Positions 14,945 to 27,537 of a stretch of 64,000 bases of DNA are shown piece after piece. Positions within the stretch are counted from its first letter, which is position 1, and each line of letters opens with the position of its first letter. The DNA is taken from positions 1 through 64,000 of the forward strand of contig JAAILG010001489.1 of assembly GCA_012026655.1 (NCBI GenBank), read 5' to 3'. The notes beneath the pieces were generated by a model. That model saw nothing but the letters and a program-made list of their open reading frames with translations. It was not told the DNA's origin and made no database searches. The position numbers were made by a program, and so were the translations under genes. Source of the stretch: Hydrolagus affinis (Eukaryota).

Positions 14945-15290
14945 AGTAATCCTCGCGTTCGATTGTAGCTCACTATCCTGTCGATGGAACAATGGACTGT
15001 AGGGGAAAGTGACTGTGTATTTTGTAGGCAAGCAAGGCAGCCAATTTGCACACAATTTTATTGGGGAATTGTTGGCGAAAATGGCAGGAGAGACTCTGTT
15101 CTCATTTCAACTGATGTGGAATCTTTAATGTTGACTGGTAACTCACTCTAAACCTCATCTGTCGAACGGGGCCTCTGACAGTTCAGCATTGCATTCGAGT
15201 TCAGGTTAAACTGTAAATTTGGAGTCCAGTCTCAATATGGGATTGAACCCGCAACCTTATATAGAGGCGAGAGCGAACCAGGCTGATGTA
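14945..15290 (-). mobile_element. Old Deu-domain SINE relic
   Basis: Reversed tail, ggcagccaatttgcaca, cctctgacagttcagca and gggattgaacccgcaacctt (reversed B box). Confidence 0.55.
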
Positions 15291-16082
15291 TATTTCCCAC
15301 ACACCAGGTTAATACCAACCTCCATGGGTGGGGGGGGGCACTATATAAATGCAAGTTGTTGATGTTAATATTATATTTTCAAACATGTCTTTAAAATAAT
15401 AGAAGTAAACTGTATTGATAGAAATACTAAATATCCAGTAGGTAAAGTTGTATTGTTGTCAACATCAATAATAATAATAATAATCCTGGCATTTGATATC
15501 GCAGATTTTCACATCTTATCGACATCTCAAAGCGCTTCACAGAGTATACTGTAAAGTGAATTGACTGTAATCCTAGCATTGCCTACTCTCTAGTTGTGCC
15601 TTCTTGATAATTGTATACTTAATAGCAAGGCTGAATATTTTAAAATGACTACCTAAATATCAGCAGATAGCGACAGTCCAAGTGATCTACATTGTTCGGA
15701 CGTTCAAGAAGCTTTTGAATGTTTCGCGATAGGACTTATAATTAAACTAAATGTTTCAGCAATCAGAAAAAACAACTGGTTCAAAATAGAAAGCTGCAGT
15801 GCTGTGTATAATAGTCAGTGCGTCAGCGTTTGACCCTTATTACTGCTAATGCACTTAAATGGTCTGGATACTGAAGCTATCTGTACTCTGGTCAAATTTG
15901 CCAACCACAGATACTATGTAGAGAATGCTGCAATTACTGTGTATAGCCAAAAGACACAGTATAAATCCATGCAAGTCTCTGGTCTAACTCGTCCAGTTAG
16001 GTTTTGCAGAGAATAGATTTGGGTTAAATCTCCCTCTCCACCATTGGCTAAATAGTGAATCTTTCAATAACTGAAATAACTA

Positions 16083-16210
16083 GAAGCAGAAGTCGCTGGG
16101 AACACTCGATCGGGAAGTGGCAGCATCTATGGAGGGAGGAAAGTGAGTTAACGTTTCACCAGACGCTGCCCTGACCCGCTGAATGTTCCCGGTGACTTGT
16201 GTTTTCTGCT
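16083..16210. mobile_element. Inverted pair of Penelope-like element tails with the central hammerhead core deleted
   Basis: The left arm (minus) is agcagaagtcgctgggaacactc..gcagcatctatggag..gtgagttaacgtttc; the right arm (plus) is cagacgctgccctgacccgctgaatgttccc. Both match the 25321-25385 tail. Confidence 0.7.
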
Positions 16211-16949
16211 TCAAACTTGCCGTACTCGTTGCAAATTACACCTGCAAACCAAGGGATCCAATGTAGGTCAAAACACAGACAGACATTTCAACTTCATCTA
16301 CAACAACAACAACAACAAAATATTTGACCGAGCTGGATTGGTGGGATTAGCAATCAGTGGCAAACACATGATTTGCTGAATATCTCCGTTCTATACAGAA
16401 AATGTCTTGTTTATTGCAGCAGCATCAGATTTCCATTAGCCACACCAACAATCCTTGCATCCTTTCCAAGTCAGCCTGTGAACCGGTACCACGGGTGTCT
16501 GTACTGTAGGTTTTATTTGAAATTACTTTAGATTTATACTCACCACCAGACACTCAAGAGAAAATGTTGAGTTCATCAGTTTGGGCTGGATTCCAGGGTA
16601 CGAAGAGGCAATGTTTAACAATTCACAATTGTTCACAACCCACTTGAATAATTAAAAAGAAATGTCGTGATCTTCTCGAGATTGTTTTGAGTAACGCGCT
16701 CCAACCCAATTGTTATTCTATTTGTTTGTGTTTGGTTTCAACTACATTCTTTAACTTTGAGTGAAATGGCCAAATGCATACCGGACTTTTTAATTCACAT
16801 TCTTTGTGGAGAGGGCGTTTTAAAACCAATTTGTTGTTAAACACACAAGCTATTACAGATGATACAGTGATACATCATTATTACAGAGACCGCCAGATGC
16901 TACTCGGTTCACTGAAGCCTTTCTAAACCGAAACCAAACTCTTGGTCTT

Positions 16950-17260
16950 CCTTATCATTGGGAACAAATTTCAACGGATGCGAATGGATCCCATAGTTGA
17001 GCTGATGAAGGGCAGAATATTTAATGTTTTAACAAAGGTAAGACGTGGACTGGATTGAAAAATTGGCTGAAGGGAAGGAAGCAGAGGACAGTAGGTAGGG
17101 GAGCGAGATCAAAATGGGAGATGTACTGAGAAAGGAGTCTTTATTGGGAGGCTTCCAGTTTATTGGCCACACTAATAATCGGGATTTGTAGACTAACTGC
17201 GAGGTAGGCTAAGTTTGAAGATCACACTAGGTTGGGAGGAACGGTGGAATCAGAAAACAC
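16950..17260 (+). mobile_element. Degraded CR1 LINE RT fragment
   Basis: tggattgaaaattggctgaagggaaggaagcagagg translates as WIENWLKGRKQR, typical of CR1 ORF2; followed by a KF.DDT.LGG-like relic. Confidence 0.65.
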
Positions 17261-20200
17261 GCAAGGTGGGACACGTGAGTCTTGAAAGGCTCAGTCTTGA
17301 AGGACCTTCAGGACCTACATAAAATTTAATTGAAAATATAAATACAGAACAATACTTTAGGATGCACCTAATGATAGTAGAAGAAGAGGACATGGGTTTG
17401 AGTTGTTAAGGGCCATTTCAAGACAGACTAAAAATATTTATTTGCATAGTGGGCAATTAACTAACAGATGTTTCACCCACAAATATATGCAGTCAATTCA
17501 CTTGACAGTATACTCTGTGAAGCGCTTTGAGACGTCGATAAGATGTGAAAAGCTGCTATATCAAATGCAACGATTATTATTAGAGTCTCAAATTCATTAT
17601 TCGAATCTCCAAGGGAAGAGAAAACCTGTTTGTATCATTAGGACAGCAATGCCTGATTGGGGGGGTGGGGGGGAGCCGGTGAGGGTGTGGGGGTGTGGAG
17701 GGAGACCTTAGATAGTGTTAATGGACAGCTGGGATACCGTGCAACACAATCAGAGAGAAACATCCAAGCAGATGTGGCTGTGACCCCTGTTTGCTGCACC
17801 TTTAGTTTTAGATCTCGTGGGAAGACATCTGCCTGACTGCCAGCAGAGAGCTCAAATCATAAACACCATCACACTCGCATTCCTGAAGCACAGTAATGAA
17901 AGGGAATTGGAAGCGGATGCTGACTCAAAGTGCTTTGGAATTAATTCATGGTGGGGTGTAGTGGATTCTCATTCTGTGATCTGCTGTGTAATACTGTACA
18001 CCTTGGGTACAGCAACAGTCTCAATACCAGCTGCATCACATTTATTCTTAAATGGCACAAAGCCATCTCTCCAACAAGAAAATTGTTTCTAAAGCTAGTG
18101 CGCTGAGCAAAATATCAGAGAAATAAAACTTAAATTTCACAGCAATTTTGCTGTTTGGCTTCGTTGGGAGCGAAGCACAAAAAAAAAACCAATAACGGCA
18201 GTGACAACAACTTGGACTTGTATCACACGAGATTTGAGATGGAGAGGACGGGAGAGAGATCACTGAAGGAGTGGTTGAGAGGTGGGTAGGGTGTTTGGAG
18301 AGCAGAGGGGCTACAGTGCCAGGTGGCAGTATTTCAGGAGAGAGTTCCAAGGTACAGAGAGGTGTAATTGCTGAAAGCCATTGCCAAAGGTGGGACTTGA
18401 GGAGTGGAGAATATGTTGGAGACCTTGATGAATTGGTCTCAATAGTAAGCTTCTCTGCGTTTGCAAATTAAACTCTAGCTGGGGTTGCCAACCTCAGGTT
18501 CTCGCCCACCTGCCCCTAAATACTCTCCACATTGTCCTCATATAGTCATGAAACAACCAACTTTGGCTGTGGGTGTGTGTGGGGAGGGTTGGGGGGGATT
18601 GTTGGTCAGGATATCAGGAAAATGGATAGATATTTGTGCGTTACGAATATGAATCTTAAATAATATGGAAAGATGGCAGGGAACTGGGATTAGTGGAGGT
18701 GATGGCGTGTAGTGTGGTAGAATGATTCTTGTTTTCACTTACTCTGTCCTGAATGATGGACTATCACAATCTTCCCATTACCGATTCAAATTCAGCCCTC
18801 TATAGCTTAGAGCACTCAACCTCACGAGCAAGAGGAGCTGGTAGTTTCCTAGCAGGGAAACATTATTGGGCAAGTTTCCACACGATTCTTGTTTACCAGT
18901 AATAAGTAGGAACCCGGTTGTGAGTCGATTGGACGGCATCTCAGAGCGCTCTCCCAATAACAGATCCCGGGGGGCCGAGGGGGGGGGGTGGGGGAAGGGG
19001 GTGGGGGGAAAGGGGGGGGATGGAGAAAGTGACCGAAAGCGTGGTCGAAAAGAAAGATGAAAAGATACGGAGAAAGACAAGTGACAATGTATTAATGCAA
19101 CTCCCACAAACTGCTGTCGTATAACAGCTTCAGTTGGAGTAATTCGATGACTGTCACCTTGAGAGCAACTTTTTGTGAATCGGTCCTCGATTCTAAACCC
19201 AACATCATCAATCAGGCCTTGCTCAACCACCGGCAGCTCCAGGACTTGGATAAAATAGTTCAAAACCCTTCAGAACACAAGCCCTCGTCTGTCTGCAGCT
19301 GCGACTCAGGAAACAACATTGTGATTAAAATGGAAACATCTTTTTGTGATTACCACTGTGATAGTGTGATAGCTCCACACACAGCAAAACAGATAATTAC
19401 CCTCCCCCCCATCCCACTCCCCCCCCACCAACCTCCGGTTATAAACTGGTAACAGATTATGGGCTTGTATTCTGAGCCTAAACAGACTTGTGGAAGAATA
19501 AAAAAGCCACGATGACACTTTTGTACTGCCGTAAAACACCTGAAACAAAATTAAAAAAAAAAATTAAAATAGATCCTCAAACAAGGGTAAATAAATTTAC
19601 GGAAGTACAACTTCAGTGAACATACGTTCTCATCAAATCAAAGTTAGAACTGGCAAAGTTACACTTGAAAGATTTTGGAGATGTGGGTTGTGTTAAGAAA
19701 TAAAAAAAAGCCAGGCTGTCTTCAGCATAGTCAGAGACCCAATAGCATATTAAATATTCAGGGAAACTTGCTTCCAGCCTGGAGTCTCTTGGGATGCCCC
19801 TGGATGTCCCCTAAGGGTATGGGATATTTCTGGCGAGCGCAACTTGTGAATATTCAGGTTGAAGTATGAAGTATGAAATTCAATTGTATGATGTTTAATT
19901 TGCCCCAAGTGGAGTTTGAAAAGGAAAACCCACCCAAGCTGTCAACAGGGTCCGAGTATGTCTGGTGTTACGTTTTGGGAGACGATCCAATAAATCACAC
20001 ACAAAGGAATTTGGTGATTGTGACTTTATTTTGTTTTCGCGCAGGCCACTGAACAATTCCGTCAGTGGCTCCCCAGCCAGATAGACAGCCTGTCTTGTCA
20101 ACATGTGCTTGACTCAAACTCCACCTGACAAAACAGGAGTGTGTGGGCTGTAGCTTATGGATTTGCCTTTACACTTTTCCCGAAGCGTTTGTGTCCCCAC

Positions 20201-22824
20201 CTTCTTCCCTTAGACAACTCAGATATTTCAATTATCCATGGATTTCAACCATTCTCTTAGTTTCTATCTTGCAAAGAGGCCCCCCTATCCCCGGAGCTGG
20301 ATTTCAGGCTGGTTTTTTTTTTCAATGAGCCCCTTGTAAGAAGCAAACTCATAAATTCACATGTCAACACTATTTCCATTGCATGTTTGACTGGCTCAGG
20401 TCAAGTCCAGTGTTGTGTTCGCTTGTAGGTTTTCAAAGCAGATATGTGTCTGCTACACCGCCCGATTATGAACCCGATCTCTCGCCATAAATGTGCTTAT
20501 GTGCCTCAGTAAATCTCCTTTTTCGCAATGGGAGGCCTTGCAACTTTGAACTGAATCACCAATTCAGTACAATTTATGTTCAACAATGAGTTCGGGGTGT
20601 GGTGGAAAACTCGGTCTAAGGTTGTGCCAGTCTACACCGTTCAAAATGTTATTACATCACCCAAGGACCCTTGAACGATTAGAACCTGTGGAATATAAAA
20701 ACCAGGAAGTACAGCCACAGTTGTGTAGTTCACTGGCCAGACGTAATTAAGGGTAAAAGTTCTGGTGGACCAAACCTGACTGGAGTAAAGAAAGGACTTT
20801 AAAAAGCGTTTACGAATCAATTTTGCGCTTAAAAAATAGGTAACATTACGATCTTGCTCTTTTTGTGAGCGTTTGTGTCTGGCCGCTCAACCACAAATTG
20901 ACATTTGTACAGTTAGCGCTTTTCACATCGGGTGGAACGTCCCAAGGCTCTGTCTGTACGGACAGTATTTCAGACTGACAACATTTCAGAAGGTTAGGAC
21001 AGCCTCAACACAGTTTAAAATGGACCACCATCTCGGAAAGGCACCTGTAATCGCAAATAACTCCACATTGACATTAAAATTAACAGTCCTGCACATAACC
21101 ACGGTTGTTGTGGGAATTGGTACAATTCACACTCGGTTGCATTAGGGATTTGCTATTAGGTTTTGGGTATCAAGCTGCAGTATATTGTTGGAGTACCACA
21201 GAGGGAACTTTACATGGTACCTGATACGTTCTCTACCACATCTGGTGTTTCAGATTAGGTTTGTCCAGATTAGGGAACATTCTCCCAACATGAAAGGCAA
21301 GTTACAAACATCATTTAGTTGTTCAACATTTTACTACTAACCTGAGATGGGAGGGAGGGCTTGATAGGACAGGATCGAAAAACTTTTCTCTACCTGTAAA
21401 ACGGCATTTGGGATTTGCTGCTGTAAAACCTGCCTGAGGAATTTACTTTGGTCGAAGAGAGAGACGGGAAGGACCAGAGTCCCTTTGCCACTTCCCAGCA
21501 CACACAGTCCAGAGGAATAGCATTTGTCATGTGAAGGAAATAGAACGTGATTCCCAGATACTAAAAGTTTAGGTATTATCAATCAACCAGTAAAGATTGA
21601 GAAGACATACAACAGAAGGATATGTACATGATTCACGGTAAAAACTGAGATGGTATAAATGTATTGTAATATAAATATTTTATTGCACATAAACGCACAA
21701 CATTTTAAATTAACCCAAAGTAGATTAACAGTACTGTATTGTATAGGATGACCATATGTAAAGCGATCAGATTTGCAGAGTGGCACTGTTTTTTCCAAGG
21801 TTAACATGCGGTTAATAAAGTCTAAAGAATTTGAAGCCAATATATGATGTTATTAATGAAAATGTCATGATAAAAAATTACTTCTCAAACAATGACAATC
21901 CTAAATGCCAATGTTTTACTGGCCTGAGGCCATGTTTCCCTGGACACTATCCAGCAATCGAGTGCGTTTCTCTGAAGCAGACCTCTGTTTAACAAGCAGT
22001 TTTGTGTGATGGCGGATTGGTTTCCATCATCAGAGTCGGTGTATGTAAGACTCACTTCAGCTTGGAGATACAGTACAGTCTAAAACAAAGATACAGTAAC
22101 TACCTTTCGCCTGTGGAAAATTGCTAATGACTGACGTACATCCGTCCGTTACCTTTTATAAAATGGCTAGAATCAATTTATTACTGTATCCTACGAACTG
22201 TTTATTTAAGATCTTGCAGTATACTTTCTGAAAGAACAATTTCTCTTAATTGTCCATTTTGCCACTGAAGTCATTTCCACCCCGGAGCTAAAGGAAAACA
22301 AAGATTTTTTTTTCAGGGAATATTATTTCACTCCAGTGTAAATGTGTTTTTCCCCCCACAAAAATCTGTCCACCCACGAGGAAGGGTCAGCATTCTTATT
22401 CATGTTCCACCCTTTCCTGCTTCACTCACCCAAAATGGCTGCCAAGTATTTTCAAACAAGATAATGTAACGGTTCATTTACAAGACTTCTTTATCTGCTT
22501 CCCTTCTATCTGAAGTGCTGGCGTGAGAAGCAAAAGTCTCGCCCTGCCACTGTTGATTTTCACCGACAACAAGCCAGAAAACAACCAAGTAAAAGCACCA
22601 TTTTTTTTTAATGGTTTATAACACCATCCACATCCCAGCGCAAAGCATTCTGATCAGCCCAGATTATTTATTTATTTAGTTATAGCGTTTGTTTATTTTA
22701 TTTTCTCTCCAGGTTTGTGCGGTGGAACATCTTTAGCACCAACTTGTGTAAAATGTTATAAATTTAGGAAATTAATTGCACAGAAGTATTTCAATGCAAA
22801 CATATCATTTCAAATATATATATC

Positions 22825-22972
22825 TGCTGTGCGCAATTGGCTGCCGCGATTCACCCACAAATACATACAGTCAATTCACTTTACAGTATATTCTGTGAAG
22901 CGCTTTGGGATGTCGATAAGATGTGAAAAGCGCTATATCAAATGCAAGGATTATTATTATTATTATTATTAT
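22825..22972 (+). mobile_element. SINE 3' half with (TAT)n tail
   Basis: gctgtgcgcaattggctgccgc..cagtcaattcactttacag..gcgctatatcaaatgcaaggattattatt. About 30 similar full or partial copies occur in the window (e.g. 13355, 15466, 17470, 23545, 26783, 29237, 34300, 52270, 58683, 61935, 62650). Confidence 0.9.
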
Positions 22973-24329
22973 ATATTTTCTTATTCCTGCGCTCGGGGAA
23001 TTTCTCACAATGAACTATTATATTTCAAATGTGCTACCTGATATCCAATGAGCCTATTTCCCTTGAATTATTCAACTATGATCACATTTAAATGAGCTAC
23101 CCTATCCAAATTAAATATATAGTCCTTGAAGTTATAACATTCCTTATGAATTATTGGACTCTGCAGATACCTTGGAGTAACTCTCTACTTTTCACTAAAT
23201 TAATTGAATTTGGCAGCCGTAGATTCACATAATTGCCAGTGTGATCCATTGATGGAAAAATCCAACCATACGCCCAAAACGTCAAAGTTTGCTAATGAAG
23301 CAATGAGTCAAGAATAAGTTGTGTGTCTTTACCGAGATCTGTACTTTTCCCAATGATCTGAGACTTAGCCCTTTGTTCTATCTAATTCCCCCAAAAGATC
23401 CAATGAAGTACTAGATACCAGTTTTACTGACGTTCAGGAGGTATGTAAGATATGGCTATTTACCTAGCAGTAAGTAAGAACCTACTAGATTGGCGGATCG
23501 CTTTATTGGAGGAAATAAATCCCTTTATTTTGAAAAAATAATAATTTGGTCAATCAATTCAGGACTGTTCGTAGGACACTGTGCGCAACTGGCTGCCGCG
23601 TTTCACCCACAAAATACACAGTCAGTCCGCTTTGCAGTACAGTGTTCTGTGAAGCGCTTTGAAACGTCTCAATGAAGTGAAAAGGCGATGTATCTAAAAT
23701 GCAAGGTTTATTATTATTATTATTATTATTATTAGAGTTAACACATTTTGGTATTTTATTAGGTTAAATAGTTTGGTGTGTTTTTTTTCTGGTCATCCAT
23801 CATCCCAAATTAAAAACAAATCTGCTGGAGGAAAATGATTTGTTACCACTTTGAGCGTGTGTCAGCAATCTAGATTGATGACACATGTTGCTTTAGCTCT
23901 AGAAAATATTAGAGAGCTGAGAGTGGGTACTTCAGGCTGTCGAGCCTACGCTGCCAGCTCATTAGATCTTGTCATTAGACATTCTTTTTAATTCCATTTC
24001 TCTTCTGTAATATGCCTTCATACCATTACAGCACTGAGGTCCTCCTTTTAAACACACTAATTAATCTCTGGGGCAGATTGTCACATGTACTGTTGTGTGA
24101 TAGAAGTCATGGAGATTTTGGAATCAGGATAGGAATCTCTCAATGATATGCTGGGATAGACATGTTCACAATACTCTGAGGGAGATGATGAAGGAACATT
24201 GTTTGGACAAATCGGAAGATCAGTATTTATTCTTTATGCTCTGCCTTTGATGCCTCCGTCCCCCTCCCCTCCTCCCCACTCTCCACCCCCAGCAAGTTTA
24301 AATAGGCTGCCATGATCTACAGTATATTG

Positions 24330-24595
24330 TCTTGCCCCTTCAGAATCTTAAAGGCAGCAATCTTGTGGCCTCTCATTCTTCTCGTTCCCAGCGTGAACAG
24401 GGCCCAATTTACTTAGTCTCTCCTCACAGTCCGGTCCTTCCTATCCCTCCATCATTTTCCTTGCCCTCCTTTGTAACTTCTTGATTTCTCCAAACTCCTT
24501 TTTTTTTAAAAAAAATCTCCGGCGACCAGAACTGTACATAGTTCTCTGAGCTTGGTCTGACCAACGATGTGTACAGTGGCAGGAATGCACCAGTA
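24330..24595 (-). mobile_element. CR1 LINE 3' ORF2 fragment
   Basis: The minus-strand ORF contains LPLYTSLVRPSSENYVQFWSP, matching the CR1 motif LYKSLVRPHLEYCVQFWSP. Confidence 0.8.
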
Positions 24596-25286
24596 TTTTC
24601 TAAGTGAGTGCTCCAACCACCCCACTCAGTGGTTCGAGCGCTCACCTCGCAAGCGAGAAACCTGGGTTTGATTCCTGCGAGGGCAAACCCTTGGACTACC
24701 CTTGGATTCACCTCTGTAATGGATATCCACGATTCATTGCAGCCTCTCTAACCATATAGAACTTTACAAGAGAAAAGCTTCATGTGCATGAGATTGGGTT
24801 AGAAATTGTCTTGTGTGCTACTCTCTTAAAATCGGGGAGAAAAAACGCCAACAGATTTGTACAGCCCTATTATTTCAGTTACTCTCTGAAGTCTGGTTTA
24901 CAGCAAGCTGTGACCAGCCTGGTTTGTTAGCAATGTTACAATAAACACACTATTTTTTTCTGTGCAGTCCTGATTCCACTGCCTTATTGAACAGCTGACT
25001 AATTCAGAGAGGATTAATACCACTGAATAGGAGCGTAACCCATTATTAATATTTACTCTAATATAACGCAAAGCCGCCTGCTGTCAAAGTCTTACTGTAA
25101 CATGAAATTAACTCCAACCAGCTAATAACTGTGGAGATCAAAGTGGGGGTGGGGGGAGCAAGGCTGTCTGTGACACACAGTCTGTTTTAAGAGAGCTTTT
25201 TGCTGAAACCATCTTTTGCATTACAATAAATACTTTTGCTTTAGCTTCTTTCTGATATTTTATTTCATCCTTTATATTCTGAGAAT

Positions 25287-25385
25287 TGTTCTGTCGAAGG
25301 GTCGTGGACCCGAAACGTTGACTCTCTTTCCTCTCTCTATAGACGCCTGACCTGCTGAGTGTTCCCAGCGACTTCTGTTCTTGTT
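25287..25385 (+). mobile_element. Penelope-like short element with minimal hammerhead-ribozyme relic (core CTGTCGA mutated)
   Basis: gtt-CTGTCGA-a-GGGTC gtg GACCC-GAAACGTT-gac: perfect 5-bp stem II, GAAA and palindromic AACGTT; followed by the cctgacctgctgagtgttcccagc tail. Confidence 0.75.
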
Positions 25386-27430
25386 CCTTGTAAATCTTCC
25401 TTGTCTCTCATGTTTACTCTCCAATCTTACCATCTCCTACCTACAGTATGGGGGCCAGAACTGCACACAGAGATCTAGATGTCACCTAGTCAAGGTTTTA
25501 ACATTATTTCCCAGTAATGTTTATATTTCATTATGAATTAAACTAGTAGAATTGGAGGGGTGGGGGGGTGGTGGGGGGGAAACGGGACATTCAAATCATG
25601 AGATTATTGATTGTTTTTCCACCTGCTAAGGATAATACTGTGAAATAATAGTTGGTTTGCAATTCTGTGCTGGGAGCCAGTCTGATCTTATTGCTGGTGA
25701 AATCAGTGCACCACCCACCCAACAACAACAACATTACATTTATATGGTGCCTTTCAAGTGGGGAGGACATCCCAAGGCTCTGTAAAGCCTCAGGGCAGTC
25801 TTTGGGAGCAGCTTTCAGCAGCGCTGCTGTGGAGATTATTAGATTGTAACCTTCTTAATGAACAATCCCATTTTTAATATTTATTATAGCCTCAACCCGT
25901 GAATAATTATTCCGTGTCAAGTAACTTATTGCCTTTCCCATTGACTCATTTTCTTCTGGCAAATGGAATTCTTAATCATTGTTACGTCAACCTTGAGGAT
26001 GGTGTTTCCTGAGGCTTGCTCCAGTTAGTTCACGAGTCAATAAATGTTGTGAGATTAAGGGTTGGGGATCTAGGCAGCTCACACTGAACCCCACTTGAAA
26101 CCCCACTACCTCACTGACTAGAAGTCCGTCTATGTGTGTGTCTGTCTGACATATTCACTTGTGTCTCACTAATGCAAAGAGAGGAAATAAATAATGAGCT
26201 TGAACAAAGTAAATAAAGGGAGATTTAACCCCAAGAGAATAGCTTCCTCTGAGACAGGGTACAATGTAATATTTGTCTAAAAACAAACAGTAACTATACA
26301 GTAAATCCTTAAAATCTGAGATGTACAACAATGTGATACGGCACCACAGCAAATTCACGGATTATTATTATTATTATTATTATTGCTGTCTACATTTTGT
26401 CTGTGTAACACTAATGTGTTTACAGAGAGGTGTTATATAGAAAAAGGCTTTTACTTCTGTTTTTCGGAAAAAGAAGCTACTTTCTTTTGTACTTCTATGG
26501 TTTGCTTGTATGCTGGTTACTTTTGTTTACTTGGATTTATTTTTTACAGACTTTTCTGTGTGTCATTCTGCTTGCAATACTGATCACGTATATTCCAAAG
26601 GGGTTTGCTGTCCAAACCCTGGCCAAAGGCGATGCTAACAATTTCACAGTCAAATCTATTGTTTGATGTAAGCTCTACATATCTACAGTTACAATCTGGT
26701 GCTGAACAAACTGGATCAGATCACTTTTTTTGACTCTTTTTGCAGTCTCTCTGGAACAATCCGCATTTCAATGTGTTATCACTTATAATAATAATAATCC
26801 TTGCATTTGATATAGCGGCTTTTCACATCTTATCGACGCCCCAAAGCGCCTCACAGAATATACTGTAAAGTGAATTGACTTTATGTATTTGTGGGCGAAA
26901 CGCGGCAGCCAATTGCGCACAGCAGCGTCCCCCACACAAACAGTCATGGATTGAAATGACCAATTAATACAAAATTGCTTCCATTGGTACATTCGGTTAA
27001 AATCTTTCAATCCTCCCTGCCTGGTGTCCATTTCTGCTTTGATCAAGCGCTTTGAAACCTTGTTTTAAGTGAAGCCACTCAACACAGAGACGTAATAATG
27101 TTATACCACCCGGAAAAAAACTTAGCAGTGACTGATAAATGGCTCTGATATCACCGAATTATAAAATTTCCAAGATTCAAACCCAATTCTAATGGAGCAT
27201 TGGCATCTTAAGGAGATTACCGAGCCCAAAGTTAGGCGCTTTGCCTGGGCCAGTTGGACCTGTGTCCGGCAGGAAGTTGTTGATTTGATTGGCATCCTAT
27301 CTGCGAGCCAAGAGATGCAGAGTTTGTTTGGGTTCAGACCAAGTAGATGATATCTCACCCTGAAGAGGACAATATTGCATTCAACAACATAAATTTTCAG
27401 AGATTAGCCCACAACAGATGTAGCTTAACA

Positions 27431-27537
27431 TGTTCTGACGAAGGGTCGTGGACCCGAAACTTCGACTCACTTTTCCTTGCTCCATAGATGCTGCCTGACC
27501 TGCTGGGTGTTTCCCAGCTATTTCTGTTTATGTTTTA
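27431..27537 (+). mobile_element. Penelope-like short element with minimal hammerhead-ribozyme relic (core CTGACGA intact)
   Basis: gtt-CTGACGA(27435-27441)-a-GGGTC gtg GACCC-GAAAC-TTC-gac, followed by the same tail as the 25291 copy. Confidence 0.78.

Noticed and set aside
17403-17711. Recurring peptide QSIHFTVYSVKRFE in many ORFs as a protein family or CRISPR-like repeat
   Set aside because: It is the translation of the dispersed SINE tail, irregularly spaced and on both strands.
22713-23041. Strong acceptor followed by a 108-aa ORF
   Set aside because: The ORF runs into a SINE tail, has no donor and is not elastin-like.
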